Shown: one piece after another, positions 21,092-27,814 of the stretch
How the letters are laid out: the number at the start of each line of letters is the position of its first letter
How positions within the stretch are numbered: position 1 is the stretch's first letter
Virus record (IMG/VR): IMGVR_UViG_3300047375_000738
Reading direction: 5' to 3' (one strand)
From: a virus
Taxonomy: Duplodnaviria > Caudoviricetes
DNA length: 64,000 bases
Program-made: the position numbers and the translations under genes
The notes under the pieces: model-generated
What the model was told of the DNA's origin: nothing
What the model saw: the letters and a program-made list of their open reading frames with translations, nothing else
The model's database searches: none

Positions 21092-22291
21092 TTAATAAAC
21101 TTTTAGTATTATGGTGTCTGCATTAAGTCTACCGTTTAACTTAATGTCTGTGGTTTTGATTTCATCCATGAATTTACGTAATTTGACCTTGGATGCTTTT
21201 TTGAACTCTTTGAGTGTTTCATCAGGTTTACGAAGTGTTTTTTGGATACTAGATTTTTCGTTATAGTGTAATAGTGTTGTGCCTTTAACACGTATAGTTG
21301 CATGTTCATCTGCAACGTACTTTCCTAATTTGCGTGTCTTAATATTGTACACCCAAACTTCTTTAGAGTCAATTAGTTCAAGCGGATTGACACTTACAAT
21401 TTGCAGTTTATCATCACGCTCAAGATACTTGAGTTTAGCAACCATCTTTTCTTTGCTAGGAGGTGCTTTCTTGCGTGGCTTGCGTGTAGCTTTAGCAGCG
21501 TCTATAACAAGGTCACAAGCGCCGTGTAGCGTCTCTAATGCTTCTAAGTATGCTTTAGCATCCTTTTTAGTAAGGTGGCTGTAGCCTTCTCTAAGCTGTG
21601 CTAACATGTCGCTTTTTAGAGGATCTTTTTCTCTGTTGATTTCGCCCGGTGTAGGAAGTTTTTGTATTAGTTGTGCTTCTTTGTATTCGTTATCGTAATA
21701 CTTTTTAATCTTACGTGCATGAGCTTGTGTGACTTTCATTTTAGCAAAATGTTTAGTAAAGTCAAAGCCTTTAGGATCAAACTTTTTCTTGTCGGTAATA
21801 AAGCCGTCTAGCCATTCTTCGATTGCATCGCAGGCATCTTGTGCTTGTTCTGCAATACGTTCTTGTATACTAGGGACGTAAACATTTTTCTTTGTTTTGT
21901 CAACTGCTTTCTTTTCTTCTACTAGAGCTTCGCCTTCTTCGGCAAGTGCAAGAATCCATTTATTTAATCCAGTCACATGCCCTTCTGGTACAAGTTCGCT
22001 AAAATCATTTTCTATAAGATATGCCGCACAAGCCCAATGACTCTTCCCACCAACTTTCCAATCTGGTAACTTATTGATGGCGGAGACAATTTTTTTATCA
22101 TATTTGTTTTTGATATATAGTTTACAGCGTGTAAGCCATTCTTTTGATTCAACTTCATAATGTGTATAATAGTGTGCTTTAATCCAAGTCAATTTTTTAG
22201 TAGGCATCAGCGGAAGCATATTTGCTCCTCGACGTACTGCTCTTACTGTTTTCTTTTTAGGTTTTGCCGCTGCTTTGTTAGCTCGTGCCAT
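21092..22291 (-). CDS. Hypothetical Lys-rich early protein
   Basis: 399-aa ORF with sigma70 promoter at 22315-22343. Confidence 0.7.
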   Translation of the reverse strand: MARANKAAAKPKKKTVRAVRRGANMLPLMPTKKLTWIKAHYYTHYEVESKEWLTRCKLYIKNKYDKKIVSAINKLPDWKVGGKSHWACAAYLIENDFSELVPEGHVTGLNKWILALAEEGEALVEEKKAVDKTKKNVYVPSIQERIAEQAQDACDAIEEWLDGFITDKKKFDPKGFDFTKHFAKMKVTQAHARKIKKYYDNEYKEAQLIQKLPTPGEINREKDPLKSDMLAQLREGYSHLTKKDAKAYLEALETLHGACDLVIDAAKATRKPRKKAPPSKEKMVAKLKYLERDDKLQIVSVNPLELIDSKEVWVYNIKTRKLGKYVADEHATIRVKGTTLLHYNEKSSIQKTLRKPDETLKEFKKASKVKLRKFMDEIKTTDIKLNGRLNADTIILKVY

Positions 22292-22314
22292 TTGCCACTC
22301 CTTAGTTTTGTTTA

Positions 22315-22343
22315 ACTATATAGCCAAGAATACAGATTGTCAA
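22315..22343 (-). promoter_or_regulatory. Sigma70-type early promoter
   Basis: TTGACA-N17-TATAGT. Confidence 0.7.
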
Positions 22344-22726
22344 CCGAAATCAAATAAATCTTGCGGATCTCCAAACGCTCCCATAGTATTTTCCAGTGAA
22401 GGTTTAGGCTTTGATGCCTTCTTTTTACGAACACTGCCTGATTTTGTATAAAACTTTTTACGTACTGCGTCTAAGCCGCCTTCGACTCGACTTGGATATT
22501 CTCCTAAAAAACTACCTGCTGCTAGATCATCTTTGTTAATATGATCTTTATGAAAGTGTTCTATTTCATCCCAACGCTCTAGCATAACCTTACTCATGTT
22601 ATCAAAGAACGCATCTGAAAATATACTATCGTCTTGCTTATAGTAAGCAAATGATGCCATAAGATACCATGGCACCATCATGTTTATATTATCATCAAAG
22701 ATTTCTTGTGCTTGTGAATCTAGCAT
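22340..22726 (-). CDS. Stand-alone NAD+-ligase domain Ia-like (Nlig-Ia) protein
   Basis: YLMASFAYYKQDDSIFSDAFFD resembles the YY..D.P..SD..YD motif of LigA domain Ia. Confidence 0.6.
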   Translation of the reverse strand: MLDSQAQEIFDDNINMMVPWYLMASFAYYKQDDSIFSDAFFDNMSKVMLERWDEIEHFHKDHINKDDLAAGSFLGEYPSRVEGGLDAVRKKFYTKSGSVRKKKASKPKPSLENTMGAFGDPQDLFDFG

Positions 22727-22950
22727 TTTACACCAATGGACATTAGCATATTACGAGCCATTGTTACACCAGTTTTTTCAACTTCTTCTTCGCAAAGTTC
22801 GTCAACTAGCAACTGATGCAGTGTTAATGCCATTTCAAGCTCTTCTTCGTTTAGCTGTTGGAACCAAGACACTAGCTGTTCGTTTGTATCACACTGCCAC
22901 ATTGTGTCTAACATTCTGCACTGTTCTTCAGTGAGCCCGTCGATCCTCAT
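22720..22950 (-). CDS. Hypothetical protein
   Basis: ORF track, overlapping start/stop with neighbours. Confidence 0.6.
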   Translation of the reverse strand: MRIDGLTEEQCRMLDTMWQCDTNEQLVSWFQQLNEEELEMALTLHQLLVDELCEEEVEKTGVTMARNMLMSIGVKC

Positions 22951-23141
22951 AGATTAAAAGGTTCTTTGTAACCTTCCTCAACAAGACTTGCAAAATATTC
23001 TTGGGCACGATCTAAGTCGTGATAATCGTGCTGCTTTTCAAACTCAAACGCATCAAAGTGATTAAACACTGCCCGGTTATCGTTGACTTTAACCAACACA
23101 CTGTTAGCATTTTTTTGTAATACACATTCTTTAAGTTTCAT
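22947..23141 (-). CDS. Hypothetical protein
   Basis: ORF track, ATGA overlap. Confidence 0.55.
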   Translation of the reverse strand: MKLKECVLQKNANSVLVKVNDNRAVFNHFDAFEFEKQHDYHDLDRAQEYFASLVEEGYKEPFNL

Positions 23142-24327
23142 CGTTACCTACCAGTTTTGCTATCTTAGGGTTGACATCTACAAGTGCAGTATTGCCCTTA
23201 CTGTCAAGTTTACTTATAACATATCTACGCAGATTGTCAACCTCTTTTCGTGAATTTATTCGCCAATTTTTGTTTTTTATTTCTTCAACATGCTGTGTGT
23301 CTATAAACTTACTAACTTGCTGATCAATTGAGTTGTTGGTTAAAAACTGTTTTATGTAGTCTTTTTGTGCATAGCTTAACAAACTAATATTGTAATAGAT
23401 AGGATCGTGGCAAAAATTAACATTTACGCTTTCATGCGGAATACCTACCTTAGTACACCATTCAAGCATGTCAGTACCGCTTAGACAGTTTAACAAGCTC
23501 ACAGTGTATGTTATACGTATGTCAATGTCCTGCTGTAATGCGTGTACAATGTTATCTTCAACACGTTGCCATTTAGCAGGCGGACGTTGGTATTCGTAGT
23601 TAGCGCCTATATCGTCAATACTATAATGCAATTGTATGCGTTTAAACTGTGCAAACTGTTCTAGCAATTTATCTGTTAGTTTAAAGGTACCATTGGTATG
23701 ATATTTAATCCAAATATCTTTTGCTTTGTCTTGTGCAATTAAATGCTCTAGTAATTGGTTGTGTTCTTCGATTAAAAATGGTTCACCGCCGCTCAAATAT
23801 AGTACTTCTGCATTATTGCTTATGTTTAGAATACTATTCCAATTATCCTGCTGTTGTACCCAATTTTTTCCGTAGCTAGGATTTATAACCTGGCCAAATA
23901 ATTCTAATTCAGTAGCTTCCCACTTTTTTGTAAATTCACTATTGCATATCTTACATTTTAAGTTACAATGATTACCTAGTTTAACATCAAAAAGTACAGG
24001 GTTTGGAGCATCAGTTGAATCCATAAGGTGTAAATGTTTGCCGTGTATTTCAAGTTCACGCTGTCTGCGACTTAGTAAGCCTTGGTCTTCTTGGCTAAAG
24101 CATTTGTTGCATCCTGCTGGCCGTTCGCCGTTGATGTATTGCTGTCTTAGTGCTTTGTATTCTGCATTGTTCCAAACAGTTTCTAGTGTTGTATCTTTGT
24201 TGTTTAAATCTAGTTTGTTGCCCTGTTCGTCTGTAAACTCATACAAGTATTCGGCACAGGGTCTTACATAGCCTGTTGCACATACTTCAATTTGTGTCCA
24301 CGGTACAATGCACTTAGGTAATGTCAT
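23131..24327 (-). CDS. Radical SAM protein with N-terminal SPASM/twitch domain
   Basis: CNLKCKIC, YLSGGEPF, HTNGT; N-terminal CIVPW...RPC...GCNKC; start reassigned to MTLPKC. Confidence 0.88.
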   Translation of the reverse strand: MTLPKCIVPWTQIEVCATGYVRPCAEYLYEFTDEQGNKLDLNNKDTTLETVWNNAEYKALRQQYINGERPAGCNKCFSQEDQGLLSRRQRELEIHGKHLHLMDSTDAPNPVLFDVKLGNHCNLKCKICNSEFTKKWEATELELFGQVINPSYGKNWVQQQDNWNSILNISNNAEVLYLSGGEPFLIEEHNQLLEHLIAQDKAKDIWIKYHTNGTFKLTDKLLEQFAQFKRIQLHYSIDDIGANYEYQRPPAKWQRVEDNIVHALQQDIDIRITYTVSLLNCLSGTDMLEWCTKVGIPHESVNVNFCHDPIYYNISLLSYAQKDYIKQFLTNNSIDQQVSKFIDTQHVEEIKNKNWRINSRKEVDNLRRYVISKLDSKGNTALVDVNPKIAKLVGNDET

Positions 24328-25048
24328 ACTTGTCCCGTAAGAAAGGCATAATAACTTTTTCAGAAAAGAGTTTGTGCTGATAATTTCCAGGATGAGGATC
24401 TCTTGGATGGGGGAAACGGTCGTTACAATTTTCAACACACCATCCGTGTTCACTACTCACAGGTAAAAAATATTCAAAATCTATCATGTCTTTGAGATAG
24501 TCGTGCTGGTAATTTGCACGATCATCAGGCCTGTCTTTTAATACTTCATCTGTATAAGTGGTCATGAAATATTTAATATTATAATTTTGTAAAAACCACT
24601 GTGTTCTCAATATGTTTTCATAAGCATATATACTATCGCTTGGATGATTTTGATATCTCTTATACCAATTCTGTGAAAACAAACTATTAAATCCTACACC
24701 AATTAACACCCACCAACTTTGTTGTTGGGCATGTACTTGAGGCCATAAATGAGGACTGGTATCGCTATCAAACGGTTCGCATATTCCTAATCCTTCAGGC
24801 TTATCAATTAAAAATGCTCTACGTTCTTTGCCACTCCACATTATACCAACCAACATGTCTTCAGGGTTAACCCCTGCTTTTAAACATTCGTTTACTTGCC
24901 AAATAACTTTTCGACTAATTAAGTCGTTGCCCGAACTACCCACACCGGTTTGGTAATGAGTGTCATATTGTAGTCTATCTTGTAAATGCACAGGCCAGCA
25001 CATACTGTCAGCACTGAAGCTGCATCCTCCAGTAATTAATACTTTCAT
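24314..25048 (-). CDS. SGNH/GDSL-like protein
   Basis: ITGGCSFS, GSSGND, DPHPGNYQH. Confidence 0.55.
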   Translation of the reverse strand: MKVLITGGCSFSADSMCWPVHLQDRLQYDTHYQTGVGSSGNDLISRKVIWQVNECLKAGVNPEDMLVGIMWSGKERRAFLIDKPEGLGICEPFDSDTSPHLWPQVHAQQQSWWVLIGVGFNSLFSQNWYKRYQNHPSDSIYAYENILRTQWFLQNYNIKYFMTTYTDEVLKDRPDDRANYQHDYLKDMIDFEYFLPVSSEHGWCVENCNDRFPHPRDPHPGNYQHKLFSEKVIMPFLRDKYDIT

Positions 25049-25200
25049 TTGTTATCAATTCTTCCTTTGGTTCCACAATGTGGGCAATGCCAAGTTGTTC
25101 TGTCTGCACAATACTTGTCTTCCATTGTTGCAAACGTAAACCATCCTTTACATTTTATACATGTTAGATGCCAAATAATTTCTTTATGAGCTTTAAACAT
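25045..25200 (-). CDS. Zinc-ribbon microprotein (51 aa, MFKAHKEIIWHLTCIKCKGWFTFATMEDKYCADRTTWHCPHCGTKGRIDNK)
   Basis: Hand-translated; CxxC...CPHC; stop overlaps the next ATG (ATGA). Confidence 0.7.
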   Translation of the reverse strand: MFKAHKEIIWHLTCIKCKGWFTFATMEDKYCADRTTWHCPHCGTKGRIDNK

Positions 25201-25214
25201 AAACATATTTATAT

Positions 25215-25292
25215 TGGTCGGGGATGCAAGATTCGAACTTGCGATCTTCTGCTCCCAAAGCAGACGGATTAACCAGACTTTCCTAATCCCCG
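25215..25292 (-). tRNA. tRNA-Pro(UGG)
   Basis: Cloverleaf; anticodon arm TCTGC-TT TGG GA-GCAGA; GTTCGAAT; encoded CCA. Confidence 0.95.
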
Positions 25293-25294
25293 TT

Positions 25295-25371
25295 TGGTGC
25301 GCCCGGTAGGACTCGAACCTACGATCTACCCGTTATGAGCGGGGAGCTTTAACCAACTAAGCTACAGGCGC
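25295..25371 (-). tRNA. tRNA-Ile2(CAU, lysidine type) rather than tRNA-Met
   Basis: GCGCCTGTAGCTTAGTTGG...CCCCG-CT CAT AA-CGGGT...CACCA resembles alphaproteobacterial Ile2; all Ile codons in the upstream leader are AUA. Confidence 0.85.
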
Positions 25372-25375
25372 AATT

Positions 25376-25449
25376 TGGCATCGGTGCAGGGAGTCGAACC
25401 CCGGCTTTCAGTTTTGGAGACTGACGTGCTACCGTAACACTTCACCGAC
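25376..25449 (-). tRNA. tRNA-Trp(CCA)
   Basis: TCAGT-CT CCA AA-ACTGA; G discriminator; encoded CCA. Confidence 0.95.
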
Positions 25450-25486
25450 AAAAAAAGCCCCTAATAAAATTAATTACTAGGGGCTT
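25450..25486 (-). terminator. Intrinsic terminator (attenuator) directly 5' of tRNA-Trp
   Basis: AAGCCCCTAG-loop-TTAGGGGCTT; U7 tract at 25456-25450. Confidence 0.9.
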
Positions 25487-25514
25487 GTTGAAATAACTTT
25501 TTAAAAAGTCACAT

Positions 25515-25577
25515 TCAAGACGTACCCCGGTTATTCGGTGGCCAATATATTATACATATTGATATAGTCTTGAGCAT
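25515..25577 (-). CDS. Attenuator leader peptide MLKTISICIIYWPPNNRGTS (20 aa)
   Basis: SD AAGGA 8 nt before ATG; codons ATA-TCA-ATA-TGT-ATA-ATA-TAT-TGG-CCA-CCG; terminator/antiterminator pair downstream. Confidence 0.85.
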   Translation of the reverse strand: MLKTISICIIYWPPNNRGTS

Positions 25578-25604
25578 GTTAAAATTCCTTATTTCTTACG
25601 TTCT

Positions 25605-25612
25605 TATTTATA
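25605..25612 (-). promoter_or_regulatory. T4-type late promoter upstream of the leader peptide
   Basis: Exact TATAAATA. Confidence 0.75.
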
Positions 25613-25614
25613 TA

Positions 25615-25820
25615 AAATGATAGGTTGGACTCTGTGAATACCAACAACCCCTTTGTAGAGCCACGCTCAAAAACAGGGAGCTTCATATTAAACGGTTACG
25701 TCTAAAAATACAACTTCGTATCTCTACGCTCTTGCATTGCCACTACAGCTATGAACCAAGTTACAACCTCTACGGATTGCCATTCCTTGCACTATCTAAC
25801 TTAGGATATCTCCTAACTTA
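25615..25820 (-). ncRNA. Candidate structured ncRNA (~200 nt), family unknown
   Basis: No convincing ORF; own promoter; long-range helices GATAG/CTATC, GCAATCC/GGGTTGT, GTAGAG/CTCTAC, TTCATA/TATGAA. Confidence 0.5.
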
Positions 25821-25827
25821 TGTACTT

Positions 25828-25856
25828 AATATAACAGCCTTTACTACCATTGTCAA
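25828..25856 (-). promoter_or_regulatory. Sigma70 promoter driving the ncRNA, leader and tRNA unit
   Basis: TTGACA-N17-TATATT. Confidence 0.8.
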
Positions 25857-25871
25857 CCACTTTTTTGCATT

Positions 25872-26075
25872 TTATTTAAAATTCTTTTCAGTTCCGTCAG
25901 TTATTTTCTTTGCTAATCTGTATGGGAGGAACCCAAACATAAAAGGAAAAAATGCATGAATAATTCCTGTGATAAAAACTAATAGTGCTATACATGCAAA
26001 ATATACGGCATAGAAAAGATGCTCAAAATATGTTGTGCTTGCTTTCTGTAAATGCTTAAAATCAAATATTTTCAT
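25872..26075 (-). CDS. DUF6356-like small membrane protein
   Basis: HL...TYFEH...IIHAFFPF pattern. Confidence 0.6.
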   Translation of the reverse strand: MKIFDFKHLQKASTTYFEHLFYAVYFACIALLVFITGIIHAFFPFMFGFLPYRLAKKITDGTEKNFK

Positions 26076-26090
26076 ATGATTCCTTTGTTA

Positions 26091-26165
26091 TGGTAGTCCC
26101 TACGGGAGTCGAACCCGTCTTTCAAGGTTGAAAACCTGGCGTCCTAACCGATAGACGAAGGGACC
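26091..26165 (-). tRNA. tRNA-Glu(UUC)
   Basis: GGTCCCTTCGTCTATCGGTTAGGAC; loop TT TTC AA; encoded CCA. Confidence 0.9.
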
Positions 26166-26170
26166 AAGTT

Positions 26171-26245
26171 TGGCTGGAACGGTAGGACTCGAACCTACAA
26201 TCACTTGTACCAAAAACAAGGGCATTACCATTATGCTACGTTCCA
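26171..26245 (-). tRNA. tRNA-Gln(UUG)
   Basis: CTTGT-TT TTG GT-ACAAG; U1-A72; encoded CCA. Confidence 0.93.
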
Positions 26246-26256
26246 TTGCCATTAAA

Positions 26257-26340
26257 TGGTGCGGATGGAGAGACTCGAACTCTCACGCCGTGAAGCACAG
26301 GTACCTAAAACCTGCGTGTCTACCATTCCACCACATCCGC
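26257..26340 (-). tRNA. tRNA-Leu(UAG)
   Basis: CAGGT-TT TAG GT-ACCTG; long variable arm; encoded CCA. Confidence 0.93.
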
Positions 26341-26342
26341 TA

Positions 26343-26418
26343 TGGTGCCTGTTGAGAGACTTGAACTCCCGACATGATGCTTACAAAGCACCTGCTCTAC
26401 CAGCTGAGCTAAACAGGC
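26343..26418 (-). tRNA. tRNA-Thr(UGU)
   Basis: GGTGC-TT TGT AA-GCATC; encoded CCA. Confidence 0.93.
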
Positions 26419-26419
26419 T

Positions 26420-26788
26420 TTATTTATTTCGACCTTTAAATGTGTCTGTCTGTGAATGACAGTTAGGACACAACAGTCGGAGATTACTTGGCACATTGTT
26501 CTTATTGTTGCCATCTATATGATCGCACTCTAATACAATGTCTTTGCCGTTATGCTTGCTAATACCACAGCACTCGCAAGTGTAACCTCTTTCACGGGCT
26601 AAGTACCCGCTTTTGTCTTTAATCCAACCTGGAATGTTATTACCCCAAGTATAGTCTTCGTTAAGCCATCTGGTAATTCTGGCTTCTCTTGTGGCAGCAC
26701 CTTGGCAAGCATTGTTACAATACTTGTTAGTGTTTTGCCTAACCCATACATTCTCTTTGCCGCAGTGTAAACAGTTATAAGTTTTCAT
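26420..26788 (-). mobile_element. Free-standing HNH homing endonuclease inserted in the tRNA cluster
   Basis: LECDHIDGNNKNNVPSNLRLLCPNCHSQT; own GATAAATA motif; flanked by a duplicated tRNA-Thr 5' end. Confidence 0.85.
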
Positions 26789-26816
26789 TGGTGTAATACC
26801 TCCAATGTATTTATCA

Positions 26817-26858
26817 CTGCTCTACCTTTTCTGCACCAGCTGAGCTAAACAGGCTTTA
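26817..26858 (-). pseudogene. Duplicated 5' fragment of tRNA-Thr with a 9-nt insertion
   Basis: 23-bp direct repeat 26836-26858 = 26400-26422; the next 10 nt of the tRNA are displaced to 26817-26826. Confidence 0.85.
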
Positions 26859-26930
26859 TCTTTTTACTCTACAAATTGGACAAAAATCATTATGATCCAA
26901 TTCAAATTTACATTCAGGACATTTATTCAT
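26856..26930 (-). CDS. Zinc-finger microprotein (24 aa, MNKCPECKFELDHNDFCPICRVKR)
   Basis: Hand-translated; CPEC...CPIC; AGGA upstream. Confidence 0.6.
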   Translation of the reverse strand: MNKCPECKFELDHNDFCPICRVKR

Positions 26931-26951
26931 AAAAATACTTATCCTGTATCT

Positions 26952-27042
26952 TGGCGGGCAGCCAGGGATTCGAACCCTGGGAACGCTATTAACGTTCGTC
27001 CGCTTAGTAGGCGGGTGCTTTAAACCACTCAGCCAACTGCCC
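26952..27042 (-). tRNA. tRNA-Ser with unusual ACU anticodon
   Basis: CCCGC-CT ACT AA-GCGGA; long variable arm; G discriminator; encoded CCA. Confidence 0.88.
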
Positions 27043-27047
27043 GTATT

Positions 27048-27266
27048 CTATTCAGTAGGAAACTCTACTACCGTATCGTCATCATTACTAACTATTGTTA
27101 GCATGGGTCTACTGTTGTTGTTATTTGCTGCTTCGTCTTCTTCTAACAGCTCTTCTAGTATGTCTGCAACTTGTTCATCTTCGAAGTGCAAATACTTTTC
27201 AATAATATCTAAACGGCTATCAATCTTATACAGCAATTCTAATATTTCATCAGCTTTAAAACTCAT
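27048..27266 (-). CDS. Hypothetical acidic protein
   Basis: ORF track. Confidence 0.6.
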   Translation of the reverse strand: MSFKADEILELLYKIDSRLDIIEKYLHFEDEQVADILEELLEEDEAANNNNSRPMLTIVSNDDDTVVEFPTE

Positions 27267-27796
27267 TTTGCTGAAATACTTACATTTACAGGAATACGAT
27301 CGCCTACATTATACGAATTATATGTATAGCTTTTGCCAACTACACCATTCCATTCATAACGAATGCGATAGTTTTTAATTTGACGTTCAGTAGTATAACG
27401 ATTTTCTTGGTAACATTGCTTTTCACGTTTGTAGCCAACAATGCCACGTTTTCCTTGATTATTATCAGCAGCAATAATACCGCCTAGCACTGCACCTGCG
27501 GCAGCACCATTGTCTTTACCAGTAACACCTTTACCTAACAGTCCACCAATAATCATACCACCTAGCACATCAGCGCCGCTTGCGCCTCCGCCGGTGTTGC
27601 CATAGATAGGAACTTCAACATCGTTACAAATTGTAACAGGTTGATTGGTTGTTACTTCTTGATAGTTAGCTGTGACGTTAGTAATAGTAGCATAATTTTC
27701 AGCAGACGCTTGTGTAGCAAATGTTGCAATTGCGGCTGTAGCAAGTAAGTATTTCATAATAACCTCTGTTTTGTTTATACAAACAACATAGCACAT
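27263..27796 (-). CDS. Secreted glycine-zipper 2TM protein (likely start MKYLLAT)
   Basis: Signal peptide; GADVLGGMIIGGLLGKGV...GAAAGAVLGGII. Confidence 0.75.
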   Translation of the reverse strand: MCYVVCINKTEVIMKYLLATAAIATFATQASAENYATITNVTANYQEVTTNQPVTICNDVEVPIYGNTGGGASGADVLGGMIIGGLLGKGVTGKDNGAAAGAVLGGIIAADNNQGKRGIVGYKREKQCYQENRYTTERQIKNYRIRYEWNGVVGKSYTYNSYNVGDRIPVNVSISAK

Positions 27797-27813
27797 TTAT
27801 GTGCTGTTGTCAA
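27785..27813 (-). promoter_or_regulatory. Sigma70 promoter with palindrome AGCACAT-N2-ATGTGCT in the spacer
   Basis: TTGACA-N17-TATGTT; palindrome 27790-27805. Confidence 0.65.
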
Positions 27814-27814
27814 C

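Noticed and set aside
25295-25371. CAU tRNA as initiator or elongator Met
   Set aside because: It has a paired G1-C72 and lacks the three G-C anticodon-stem pairs in initiator order. The body resembles Ile2, and the leader's AUA codons fit Ile2. Elongator Met is not fully excluded without a model search.
25615-25820. T-box, RNase P, SRP, 6S or group I intron identity for the candidate ncRNA
   Set aside because: The diagnostic motifs are absent (UGGNACC T-box bulge, GAGGAAAGUCC, SRP tetraloop helix, P7 core), and it is not a simple rod.
26170-26514. ORFs 26170..26355, 26256..26459 and 26320..26514
   Set aside because: They overlap clear tRNA genes and are spurious translations.
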